Of a stretch of DNA of 64,000 nucleotides, positions 1-12,367 are shown in pieces. Origin of the DNA: Chrysomallon squamiferum (lineage: Eukaryota > Animalia > Mollusca); assembly GCA_012295275.1 (NCBI GenBank), contig CM022677.1:13144001-13208000 (forward strand), written 5' to 3'. Both the position numbers and the translations under genes were made by a program. The notes below the pieces were generated by a model. The model worked only from the letters and a program-made list of their open reading frames with translations, was not told the origin of the DNA and did not search any database. The first letter of the stretch is position 1. Every line of letters starts with the position of its first letter.

Positions 1-200
1 TGTAATTTTGCCTCTAAAACATTTGCTTTCTTTGCCTTTTCTTCCTCCTTCTTCTTCTCCTCTGCCAACTCTTCTTCATACCTCTTGACATTTTCTTCTT
101 CTGTCAGTGCCTCGGCATACCTCATCCTCTTGATTTTATTTGAAGTTTGACAACGTGCCCGCCAGATGGACCGTGGACTTTCAACTGTTTCAAAAAACTT
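1..200 (-). mobile_element. Fragment resembling the Lys/Glu-rich C-terminal region of a pogo/Tc1-mariner (DDE_1-type) transposase; runs off the left edge
   Basis: The minus strand reads FETVESPRSIWRARCQTSNKIKRMRYAEALTEEENVKRYEEELAEEKKKEEEKAKKANVLEAKL without a stop. The A-x-x-LT-x-E-E plus KE-rich pattern is one I associate with pogo-like transposase tails. The flank at 225-270 recurs at ~42027-42070 next to GGGGCCAAATTTACCCC-type motifs. It could instead be a host coiled-coil exon. Confidence 0.4.
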
Positions 201-1829
201 AAATAAAACGCAGAATAGACTACATCAATGCCAACACTATTGATTTCATCACCAAATATGAAGGCCAAGAAGTGTTTATAATATTAAAAGCCCTGACGTA
301 TCACCAGTAATGGGAGGATTTTACTTCGCCATGTAAAAATTACATCGATTATAGTTATCTCCCTTTACAAACATAGAGTAGAATTATGTCTCTTAAAAGT
401 GAAACATTTAATAATAATAAAAATAACATTTAATAATAATTTTTATTATGTAATAAAATCTGTGACATGTCTCTGTCTCCCCCACATATACACACGCAGA
501 ACATGTGACTGTCCTCAGTAACGAACTGCCTCTATTACCCTGCAGCAGCAACTGATCCAAAAGTACTTACAGTTTGAGGAGAGTTTTCAGAAACAGTTTC
601 TGACTTACTTTCCAGAACAGCTGCAGAGAGGGGTAGGTTATGAGGATTACTATGCTGATGAGCGTCTTACAGGAGCAGCATTCACATCTTGTGATGATGT
701 CTCTCATCAGCTGTCATATTCACATCCCGCTCTGTCTCAATAAAAGGACAACAAGTAAATGGAAGGAGAGAAGTGATCACTGGATGAACATTCTCACTTA
801 CGGTTCTCATTATCGGGGAGATGTTTAGGAAGATTTAATGCTGGGTTACGGCTATTATAGTGGGGTCTATGATATGTGTCGCTTGTGTTACATGTAGTGG
901 ATCTGTAGTGCTATATCTTTTGAATCCAATATCTGGACATTTTTCGCCAGGTCACCAAGTGTGACCAAAGTTCCGTTTAGGCGACTGGGATGTTAAAAAC
1001 ATTAGTCGTGCAAAAAACAAAACAAAAAACAACTTATTTTGGTGACCATATTTTTTTTTCTATAAGTTATAACAAAAGAGCCACTGTTAATAATTTTATT
1101 TCAAATATTTATTTCACATAAAAGGATTGTTCATAGTTGCATAAGTTCGACGTATCGGCTTACCGTATTTGCCAAAATCTATTTATACACATTAATGCTA
1201 AAGTGAAGCCAGCTAACATTTCCAACCTTAACGTTATAGAGTTATCGGTTGGTTATCAAAACAGTTTACCATAGGCGATGACTATATCAGCAAGAGTTTG
1301 CTATTGTTTTTCCTTATTAATTCAAGTATTAGTTCGCTAAAGTGAAGCCAACGAACAAATCTAGCTAACTTTTACACCGTCAGGTTAAATAATTATTGCC
1401 CGGAATAAAAGACAAAAACAGTTTGTTTGAAAATGTATTAGCAGATGATTTGAATAATTAGGACTCAATTTTTCTAGTTATTTTAATTAATAAAGAATTT
1501 TGGTATTTCACTTTAGATGTTGCAAAAATAAGGTAAGCCAATACATCGAGATTACTGAACTCTGAGCAAATCTGTTCACTGGAAAAATGAGGACATAGAA
1601 ATAAGTAATGTTTCATGGTTTTAGAAATTCCGTAGCTACAGTTTGGTGTTCTGTTTATTTTGTGTATGAATTTTATTGAGTTTGGATTAGTTGACTAGCT
1701 GATTCTAAGTTGTAAGGTTCTTATGTACTTTCTCACTAAAATTATTTTGGGATTTGAAAATGAAAGATATAATTAATGTTTATTTTCTATCTTTACTATT
1801 CACCCATTCCAGTCCACAATTCAATATGG

Positions 1830-3632
1830 CTGACTGTTAGTTCAAGGCAGTGCATGGTATGTACCATCCTCTCAGTCAGTCTATTTGTTCAAGGGAGGGC
1901 ACTATGGTATGTACTATACTGTCAGTGAGTCTGTTCAAGCAGTACACTATATCTAGAATTACAGATTGTGGTATGTACTACCATGTAAATGAGACTGATT
2001 CTTCAATGCAGGACACTGTGTCTAGTATATTACAGATGGTGGTATGTACTATCCTGTTAGTGATTCTGTTTCTTCAAGGCAGTGAATCGTTTCTACTGAA
2101 TTACAGACTGTGGTATGTACCACACTCTAAGTCAGTCTGTTTGTTCAAGGCAGTGCATCTTCTCCAGTATATTACAGACTGTGGTATGAACTACCCTGTC
2201 AGTGAGTCTGTTCAGGGTAGTGCACTGTATCTAGTATATTACAGACTGTTGTATGTACTATCCTCTCAGTGAGTCTGTTTGTTCAAGGCAATTCTTCGTG
2301 TCTAGTAATACTATAGACTGTGCTATGTACTACCCTCTCAGTGAGTCTGTTTGTTCAAGGCAGTGCATCTTGTCCAGTATATTACAGACTGTGGTATGTA
2401 CTACCCTGTCAGTGAGTCTGTTTGTTCAAGGCAGTGTACCGTGTCTAGTATATTACAGTCTATGGTATGTACTACCCTGTCAGTGAGTCTGTTTGTTCAA
2501 TGCAGTGGATCGCGTCTAGTATTTTACAGACTGATTTATTTACCAATCTATCACTGAGCCTGTTTGTTTAATGCAGTGCGTCTTGACCAGTATATTAAAG
2601 ACTGTGGTATGGTGTACCATATCAGTGAGTCCGTTTGTTCAAGGCAGTGCACCATGTCTATTATATTACACACCGTGGAATGTACTATCCTGTCAGAAAC
2701 AGACTCAGTTACAAACTGGTACATACCTCAGTCTGTAATATACTAGATACAGTGCACTGCCCTGAGCAGACTCACTGACAGGGTAGTACATACCACAGTC
2801 TGAAATATACTAGAAACAATCCACTACCTTGAACAAACAATCTCACTAACAGGGTAGTCAGTGAGTCTCTTTATTCAAGGTACTGGATCGTGTCTAGAAT
2901 ATTACAGACTGTGGCATGTACTGTCCTGTTAGTGAGTCTGTTTTTTCAAGGCAGTGCATTAGTATATGACAGACTGTGGTGTGTACCTCCCTATCAGTGA
3001 GTCTGCTTGTTCAAGGCAGTGCATCTTGTCCAGTATATTACTGTGGTATGTACTACCCTGTCAGTGAGTCTGTTTGCTGAAGGCAGTGCATCGTGCCTGG
3101 TATATTACAGATGCTGGTATGTACTATCCTGTCAATCAGTCTGTTTGTTGAAGGCAGTGCATCGTGCCTGGTATATTACAGACGCTGGTATGTACTATCC
3201 TGTCAAGGAGTCTGCTTGTTCAAGGCAGTGCATCTTTTCCAGTATATTACTGTGGTATGTACTACCCTGTCAGTGAGTCTGTTCAGGGCAGTGCACTGTA
3301 TCTAGTATATTGTTCAAGGCAGTGCCTCTTGTCTAGTATATTAGAGACTGTGGTATGTACTATCAATGAGAGACTGTCAATGAGTCTGTTCAAGGCAGTG
3401 CATTGTGCCTGGTATATTCCAGACCGCGGTATGTACTATCCTGTCAGTGAGTCTGTACAAAGCAGTGCATCCTGTCTAGTAGAGACTGTGGTATGTACTA
3501 TTCTGTCAGTGAGTCTGTCTGTTCAAGGCAGTTCACTGTATCTAGTAATATCTAGTGGTATGTACTATACAGTCAGTGAGTATGTTTGTTCAAGGCAGTG
3601 CATCGTTTCTAGTATATTACAGACTGTGGTTT
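1830..3632. repeat. ~71-bp minisatellite, roughly 25 diverged copies, with an internal inverted block
   Basis: Unit approx. TGTTTGTTCAAGGCAGTGCATCGTGTCTAGTATATTACAGACTGTGGTATGTACTACCCTGTCAGTGAGTC. The GTTCAA anchor at 2353, 2424 and 2495 gives a period of 71. Confidence 0.95.
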
Positions 3633-4522
3633 TTATATCAGGTCATTCATGAAAACTTATATGATTTACCTGTACTACAATATTAATTCAAAATGTTATT
3701 GTTAAAAAGAGAACTAAAAGAATATAACATCTAAAATGTGATATTATAATACTTGTTGTTTTTTCAGTCACTGAGCGAGTGATGGAAATTTGACTGTTCA
3801 TGAATTGTTTTTTTTATATGCTATTTATTTTAAAATACTAAATAATGCAATCAACACTAAATAATGTCTCCATATTATTTAAGTTAAAAAACTATATAAC
3901 TGTCTCACATGAATAAAGTATTATAAAATGTATTACTAACTTTCACCTAGGTAATAAAATTTAAAAAAACCTAAGCAAATAATAAACACATCCACAAAAC
4001 ACATGCACACACACTGACACACAAACCACCCACCCAAGGTAAAAGTGCTTTACCACATTAACACATGGTGGAGAGGAAGTTTCGTATCTGTTTATCAGTG
4101 AGTTTCTTTCTAAACAAAAACATTTTACACAGTAATTGTTATAATCACTAAGAACAATTTTTCTTTTGTCTACACCTGACACGAGAATGGAAACAGGACA
4201 AGAACAGTTTTATCTCGTTGTTACTGTAAGTGTGGTTTGTGTAGCCCTGCAGACATTTGGTGCAGAACAAGTGTCCTGAATACAGAAATCACAGCTTGTC
4301 AAAAATTTCCATACAAAGACAACACGAAAGAATATCGGAATCTGAAGCTGTTGCCATATCTGTTAATAATAAAAATAAAATTAATAAGAAGAAGAACAAC
4401 AACAACTACAACAACAGCAGCAACAGCAGCTACAGCACAGCAGTAGCAAGGACATGGAAGACTCGAGAAGATAAAAAAGAAAATACAGAGAAAGGAAAAT
4501 GTAAGAAAATAAAAGAAAAAGA

Positions 4523-4590
<68 letters not shown>

Positions 4591-4948
4591 TAATAAAAAA
4601 AAAAAAAAAAAAAAGCCAACACAATGCCATCCTTATTTAAGTACATCAGTGACAACAAAGACATGAATCAATTCTTAAGAGCTCTCAATTCAGCAACAAA
4701 TAATTTACATTATTTTTTCTTACAAAATATCTGAATTAACAGTCTTTTTCATCAATGTTTATCTGATTAGGGCTAATAAAAGAAATAAAAAATGCAAGTA
4801 ATGAGATAACAGTTAACATTAGCTTCTGACAAAAATATTACATTCTGATTATTTTTCACCTTACTTTTTATACAAATATCATTATCATCTTTGTCAGTTA
4901 AAGAGGTGACACATGTGAAAGGAAAAAGAAAAGACAGTGTTAACTTAC

Positions 4949-6734
4949 TTGGTCTCTTCAAGTTCTGTTTGGTATTTTTGTGTGTTTGTTTAATGTTCCC
5001 AACATGAGTAACCATTACCTCCATTGTACAACTGAGTCTCATCTCCTACAAAAACACACAATTATATTTGTACTGATTTTACTTGTAGAATTCTCTGGTT
5101 ATTAATTATTGCTCCTTTTATAAATAAATAAATAAATAAAAATAAATAAATAAAATGAAGTAAAAAAGTTAGAGTAAAGTAAAAAGAATCTTAAAATCAG
5201 ACTGCCATTTCATGGCAGGTGTCTTTATAACTGAACAAATAATTAGTCCTTAGTGATTCTATGGATTCTTTCAATAAATGAGATCTTATATGCAGACAAA
5301 GCATCAGTATACAATAATTGCTATTCATTTTCATGATTTTACAAAAACAAATATATTACATTTTTATTTATGTTGCTTAATTCAGTGTAAGAAAACTATT
5401 TTGCATAGATGTTGTGAAAGACTGAAGAAATATTCAAAACTGAAATAAAATGAATAATGTATTTAAATACCTGCTGGACAGCACCAAATACTTTAACTCT
5501 GTCGGAGCCTTGAGCTACTCTTTGTTCCAAAATGTCAATCCCAGTTTGTATTTAGAAACAATTTCTAGAATATTTTTATCATTAACAAGCTGATTTACCT
5601 TCTGAAAATAAACAGTTTAAATCCACAGTTTAGTATATTGGTTTCTTCAGTTCCTATAAATACATGAAGAAAGATCTGAATGTCATTCAGTAAATATTGA
5701 CATTTCCTTGTTATTAAACAATTCAATAAATTAAAACAACATGAATCAAAATAATTATAGTAAACTAAAAATTGAAACATAACCTTTTTTAAATCTTTTG
5801 TTTTGTATTCTAATGAGATTTAATGATGCAGTTATCAATTCAAATTATTTACTGAAAAATAATCTAAAGAGATAAAAATCATGTCTAAAATAAAGATGAA
5901 TTTGCTTCACATAATTAAGAATTTTTCATTCAGAAACACTTTCAACAAAATTAACATAAATCTGTTTTTCTTACTGAACTGATTTCACACATACCTCAAC
6001 ATCATTCCTTAAGCCATGTAGTTCTTAGTCCATGTTCTTTTCAGCAATGTCCCACGACCTTTCTTGACTCTCTTTTCTCTGCTCTTGAGTTAATTTGTCC
6101 ATCTTGAAGGTCAGGAACTTAGTGTAGTTAAAATACCAAAAATAAACTGTAATATATAAATTCAATCAAATGCTAATGTAAGAACATTCAAGTCACATTA
6201 CACTGAAAATTATGTTAATAAAATAATAAGCAGACATTTCATTAGTTGGACATCATTTTGTAAATAGGAAACATAAATTCCCTGATAGTCTGAGCAAGAG
6301 ATACATATTCTGTGTGTACGTGAGTGAGTGTGCGTGTATGTTTGTTTGATTTTTAACATTTGTATCTATAATATGGCTTTTTAAATAGGAAAACTATCTC
6401 TTTTCATAAGCTTGTTATTTCAATTTCAGACTAAACTGAATGAAGATTGTCTAGTATAATAAGTTAAATATAAATGTGTAAGAATAAAAATTATTACTAC
6501 ATTTAATAAAAACTAAAAGCATACACCATCTCCAAAACAAAGAACCTAAACTAACTGAATAAATAATCATTTTTCACATATGTATTGTTTATCACACTGA
6601 AAGATCTCAATGACAAAAATTGTGTATATCATTATCTAAAATAACAAATAAATCACATCTTTAAGTAAAATTCTAAGTAAATGCAGAACCAAAAATGTAC
6701 TTACTTTGAATTCTTCATCTGATAAGTTGGTGAA
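4949..6734 (-). pseudogene. IRAG/MRVI1-LRMP(JAW1)-family coiled-coil domain pseudogene (4 recognisable exons)
   Basis: AG/GT-bounded exons are 6734-6705 (FTNLSDEEFK), 6146-5995 (..FLTFKMDKLTQEQRKESQERSWDIAEKNMD*ELHGLRNDVE; TAA at 6027-6025), 5601-5471 (KVNQLVNDKNILEIVSK/IQTGIDILEQRVAQGSDRVKVFGAVQQ; frameshift) and 5045-4949 (EMRLSCTMEVMVTHVGNIKQTH/KYQTELEET; frameshift). These match, in order, the MRVI1/LRMP motifs as I recall them: LxFKxDxxTLExR..ERSRDxAExN, GAxxQExRxSxAxEVMxxHVENLKR. Confidence 0.75.
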
Positions 6735-7246
6735 CTGAAATAAAAATATACAGCTGAGACAGTTGTCCTAAATCATTGTCAAAAATTCCACAACAAGGAC
6801 TAATGATTATTTTTAAGAACTGTTAGTGAATCACAACAGTTTGACAGAACTTGATAGAATGAACTAAAAAATAATTTACAGACACATGATAACTATATCA
6901 TAACAGATACCAAAGCTTTTCAGTTCTAATAACAAAATGTTAATATCATTCTGCACTAGGTATGTGAATTCAGTCATTTTGATTACTTTACCTTTTTGGA
7001 ACACTTAGAACTGATTCTATACATCTAATTTTAGATTTGATTAAAAATATAAGTTAATAATCTGGCTACAACATTAAATGTATCCATAATAATAATTTTA
7101 ATTAATTAATAATAATAAATTGCTAATGTTTTGAATGAGATGATATCATTAATTCATAAAACAAAAATATATATCAGATTTGAATCCTGAACAAAATAAT
7201 TCAGACAATCGTATGATACTGCAACACTGACAAGGAAACTAATCAC

Positions 7247-8253
7247 TTCTGTGTCATCTGATATATAAAGTTTTGACTGGTAGGAAACAGAGTTGTAAGG
7301 ATTTACATCTGCTTCTTCCTTAGAAATGGCAATTTATAACATAATTACCACCAACTTGATGCCTGCAAAAATATAAATTAAGAACATTTAAATATATCAA
7401 ACAAACTACATAAGTATAAAATCTACTGATCTGTTTTTTGTCTGACTTACCTGAAAGGTCTTCCAAGCTTTTTAAGAAAATCCTCTGAAATGCTGGACAT
7501 CCAATGTTTGTGCTGGTGGTATGATAGCTATATTTAAACAACTATCTTGTTTCATGTATAAGTCTCTGTGTTCTACTATTTAGCCAGATTTGTCTAAATA
7601 AACAAATATAGAACAAAAAGTATAAAAACAAATCTTGTATAATTTTCTAATGTGATTAATTAATTTATCATAATTATAATTTTCACCTATACACTGAAAC
7701 AAACATAAGACTTCTTAACAGCCACCCTTACAACCCGATCTACTTACTCTGTAATAATAGGTTGATCCTGTAACTGGCCATTACAAGCCCTGCATTCATA
7801 TGTACATATGTACTTAAACACATTACTATTATTACCATTATTTATTATTATAAAACATATCCAGACCACTTACTTCAGAACAAGTAGTAGTAGTAATAAT
7901 AATAAGATAAAAAAGGAGGAAGTACAATAAAAACAAAACAAAAAAAAATTAAAATAAATAAATTAAAATTAACAATTAGTAAATTTTAAGAAAAGAAGGG
8001 AAACTGAGAACAGTTTTTGATCACTTAAACAAGTAAATCACTTCTACTTGCTAGCATCCTTCTTTTTTAATTCTTCCAGACTTGTTTTTAAGAACAAAAC
8101 AAACTAGAAGTGTTAAAAATACCATTTTACACAGACACATAATTCAGACCATTGGTATGTATATTTGTCTATGTATCTGCCCATCAAACTCTAAGTAAAT
8201 CAGTCACTCACACCATGTACATCCAAACATTCCTCTAAATGCTTTTCAATGCA

Positions 8254-8318
<65 letters not shown>

Positions 8319-9213
8319 TACAAACACACATACATACAGACACACACAAACACATACACACACACATCTATGCCTCTCTTTGTGTTAGAGTCTATATCAC
8401 TACATACAAATCTATCTTTCTGTATTTCTCTCCATTTATAACACCAGTACACTCTCAATATGTAGCCATACTTCAATGACACACAATCATAGTTACCTGC
8501 ACTTTCTTATACATATACATATGGTTACCACCAACTCACTAATCTATATATATATATATGTAAATCTCTATCGACCTATGTACATACTGATCTACCTACT
8601 GATCTGCCTACATATCTACTTATCTATCAATGGTTTATCTATTTTTCTGTCTATTTGTCTTTTACATTAAATCTCCCTATCTATATACTGTATATATGTC
8701 CATCTATAAACACTCTTATATATATGCATATCCCCTCTGACTGGCCCTCAAAAATACACAATAACACTTTCTTACACATGCATATGCATATATACATTAA
8801 CTCCTCCTTTCACATTAAATTAACAACCACCCCTCGAAAAACACACAAGCACATTTCCCTTCACATACATACAAACATTTCTGTAACAGAACAATGTACT
8901 CAACTTACGTATGTTTATATAATTATAACCTGTTCTATAATTCTAAATATACAGTGAGCTTCTCTTTAAAGTAAATATTTTGAAATCATCTCTCAGATTC
9001 AGTTATCTGGTATACCTTTACCTTCACCCTATTTTCTCTAATAAATTTATTTAAAAAGGGCACTTACCTGGAAACCCATCCATATTTCTTCATGTCTACT
9101 GCGCTTCTTGTTTACAATAAAAGTTGATATAACCTTTACACCTCTTCTTTTCAGTATCAATCTGTGTGTAGATAATAACACATCTCCTTAATTTCAGGAG
9201 TTCTCACTTCTTC
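7247..9213 (-). pseudogene. Decayed RRM-protein exons, tentatively TIA1/TIAR-like (RRM2-RRM3 region)
   Basis: Exon 9213-9068 (donor GTAAGT) reads ..IIYTQIDTEKKRCKGYINFYCKQEAQ*T*RNMDGFP, with an RNP1-like KGYINF. Exon 7593-7451 (donor GTAAGT) reads TNLAK* ... ISEDFLKKLGRPF. Exon 7362-~7247 reads HQVGGNYVINCHF/SKE. The motif order resembles TIA1 (TNWA..., TFSPFG, VKCYWGKE). Multiple stops and frameshifts. Confidence 0.4.
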
Positions 9214-9469
9214 CTTTTTAATAGAAAAACAAAACAGAAAAAAAAGATACATTAATCTTCACTTTTCACTATGGACTGTGCTTTTTATAAAGTTAAAATT
9301 GAAATTTAATGTGCTGCTTTATCAGCTCTCCAAAAACTTAAATAAGGAAAAATATTAAAACGATTTCTTTTTTTCCTAAGTGTCACATTAATTATGGACT
9401 GTATATTTTACTCAATTTACTTTTTCACTGTTGATTATAAAATTATTAAACTTTTATAGCGAATTCAAA

Positions 9470-9620
9470 ATGACCTGTTGTCGCTCAATGGTAAACGCAG
9501 ATTAAAATGTTTTTTAGCAGACGCGAAGTGACGTACGAGTCGGAAATGAGGCTCGATTACGATATTAGTTTCACGTCATCCAAAAGAAAAAAGACTGTGT
9601 ATCAAGCATGTCGGAGGCCA
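9470..9620. promoter_or_regulatory. CpG-enriched patch, possible relic promoter upstream of the RRM pseudogene
   Basis: Local CpG cluster in a CpG-poor background, with TGACGT and CGGAAA motifs (GACGCGAAGTGACGTACGAGTCGGAAATG). Confidence 0.3.
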
Positions 9621-9711
9621 AGACAAAATCATAAACCTTTTTTTCTTTTTATACTCTTTAATACTATTTGATCTCGTTAAAGCATTAATCTCTTATTTCT
9701 TACTATCATTA

Positions 9712-9752
<41 letters not shown>

Positions 9753-11631
9753 CTATCATTGTAAGATTGTCGTTTAACTAACAGAAAACTGCATTAATTT
9801 CACCTGCATACCTAACATATTTATTTTTAAAAAGTCTTCTGCTACCATCACAGCCGTTTATACGATAAAATAAATAGTCAGATATATATTATAATTAGCT
9901 TACTTTATCACATGCTGACAACATTTTCAACCGATAACTTGAGATAACAAAACGGCAATTATCTTTGATTTACACGCACCTGAGCCAAAAATTACGTGAT
10001 ATTTTTTATTAAGAATTCGCGTCTTTCGCAAGTATAATATTAAAATAGATAGTGTTCGTGGGAAGTGATTTTATATTTTATAAGGCAATAAACGTATAAT
10101 CATTAAAGAAGAAGGATTATTTTAAGAAATATCTAGAAATACGTATATGTATAAAAGGATCAGTAACTACGTGTGTGTGAGTGTAAAAATGGATGGATAG
10201 ATGGTAGATGGTAACAGGTAAATTGACAGAGAGAAGAAAACTAGATAGATTACTACAAAGATAGATGCAAGGAGGCATGCGTATATACCTGCACTTCTGT
10301 AAGAAAGACTAAGTCTGTTGCTCTGTGTCTATCTCTGTCTCTCTCTGTTTTTCTCTCTGACTCTCTCTGTTTCTCTGAATATCTCTTTCTCTCTCTGTCC
10401 CTCTCTCTCTGTCTGACTCTCTCCCTGTCTCTGTCTCTCTTTCTATCTCTCTGTTCCTGTCTCTCTTTCTCTCACTCTATCTCTGTTTCTGTCTATCCCT
10501 CTGTCTCTCTCTTCCATTCTCTCTGCCTGTCTATGTCTCTCTGACTCTTTCTCTTTTTCTCTCTATCTCTCTGTCTAACTGTACATCTGTCTGTCTCTCT
10601 GTATCTCTCTTTGTCTTTCTCTCTCTCTCTGTTTTTCTATCTCTCTCTCTAGCTCTCTTTCTTCTCGCCATACAAAATTAACAATTTTACTTAAAGCAAA
10701 GTTAACCAACAGCAAAAGCACATAATAAAAATAGTAATAATTATGTTAGCAATAAAATCAACAATAAAAATGCAAACAAACAAAAATTAAAGACAGACGA
10801 AAGACAGAGACACGTGCACACACACACATAAACATAATTACATTTTTTAGCACGCTCTAGAAATCATATTTGTGTAATTTAAATAACGTGTCAGTATGAA
10901 AAGACTGAAAAACAGTATTTATATGTAACTGAACTTTTTTTACTACAGTTTTACAGTGAAATGAATTTTTTATGAAAACATACAAACTTAGTCTTAGTGA
11001 AACCCAAATATCTCTTTCTCTAATCATAATAAATAACATATAAAAATATTCATGTATCAAAACGGAATTTCGTAACAAATTTAAATTCTTATTTTTATTC
11101 TGAATAGTAAAGAAACACATTAAATATATGAAATAAAATAAGAATGCAAAAATATAACTACTACTACTACTACTACTACTAATAATAATAATAATGATAA
11201 TAATAATAATTAGTCAATTTCATAGCTAGTCTAAGGGAAGTAACTATGTTGTCCATTAATAATAGAATGAATATAACGATCATAATCAATAACAGCATTA
11301 ACAACAAAACAAATTTTGAAAAGGGAAACTAAAAATAATAAAAATATATTTTCAAATTAAGATTTATTTCGTTTAGTTAAGTACTAAAGAAATTATGAAA
11401 AAAAGTGTATTTGCTTATCGTGCCCCCATGCCCTAGTCCCCCGCACGCCTTTTTGCCCCGACCTTGCACAGCTTGTGAATGTACCAGAACCATGTTGAAA
11501 CTTTAGAGTTTCTTGTCAGCATGTTCATGTGTATGAGATTCTGTTTTCGGAGGTTCCACAGCAGTACTTTCCGATTCCAGATTCATCTATGAAAAATTGT
11601 TGAAAAATCACATTCTTTATATATAACATGG

Positions 11632-11668
11632 GTCACGTGACATAAAACATGACATGTCAACGGAAGTG
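11632..11668. promoter_or_regulatory. Palindromic E-box GTCACGTGAC plus ETS-like CGGAAGTG; housekeeping-promoter-like motif pair
   Basis: GTCACGTGAC at 11632-11641 and CGGAAGTG at 11661-11668, immediately before the high-identity duplication core. Absent from copy 2. Confidence 0.35.
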
Positions 11669-12305
11669 GGAGATATGTACACCTGTTTCATATACAGATT
11701 TGTTATTATTATTATTACATTTATGTACACCTGTTTAATTTATAAACTTCTTATTATTACATATATGTATACATGTTTAATATATATTTTTATTATTACT
11801 AGAGAAATGTAAAAATAGCTGTTACACAGGTACACAAGCAAGCAGAAAGAGACAAATACTCACACTCAGGAACTGCATGTTTTATTTATCTTTTGTACAG
11901 TTTGAAGTTAATAAGATCATCAATGATTTCATTTCACTCATTTAAAGATCATTTATTTTATTATTATGATTTGTTACTTTAATAGTGAAGCTTATGCCTG
12001 CATCTTACTCTCAAGTTATTATATCACTGTATAATACAACTGCTATGTGTACTAAAGTTTATTGTTTTCCTAAACTGTAGAGTTGATGTTCACTTTTGTG
12101 ACTTGCCAGACTTTTGCATTTCCTGAGTAGTTTCCTCCTATTAGTCTGTGAAATCAAGTGTCAGCAATGTATATATTATTATTATTATTATTATTATCAT
12201 TAGCAGTATAAGGAGTCTGTTTATTATGCCTATATTGATTCTATAAATATTTGCAATATGTTAGTTTTATCTGGTATGTTTTTTTCTTGTTCTTTTGTTT
12301 TTCAG

Positions 12306-12367
12306 AACGAAACACAGAAATAGTTGAAAATGAAGAGGATGACAGTGATGATGATGATGTGCCAAAG
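12306..12367 (+). pseudogene. Orphan acidic exon (RNTEIVENEEDDSDDDDVPK), probably part of the ANKRD42-like relic
   Basis: Polypyrimidine tract-TTTCAG acceptor and AAG|GTAAAA donor. The paralogous copy at 48414-48481 has CGA>TGA. Confidence 0.5.

Noticed and set aside
1850-3652. Cluster of + strand ORFs with repeated CGMYYPVSESVCSRQC motifs
   Set aside because: Translations of the 71-bp satellite. The unit is not a multiple of 3, frames shift every unit and stops are frequent.
6705-6734. FTNLSDEEFK as a papain-family propeptide (FxDLTxEEF) motif
   Set aside because: No protease exons nearby. The downstream exons fit the IRAG/MRVI1 coiled coil, where a similar LSEKEVE-type segment precedes the conserved region.
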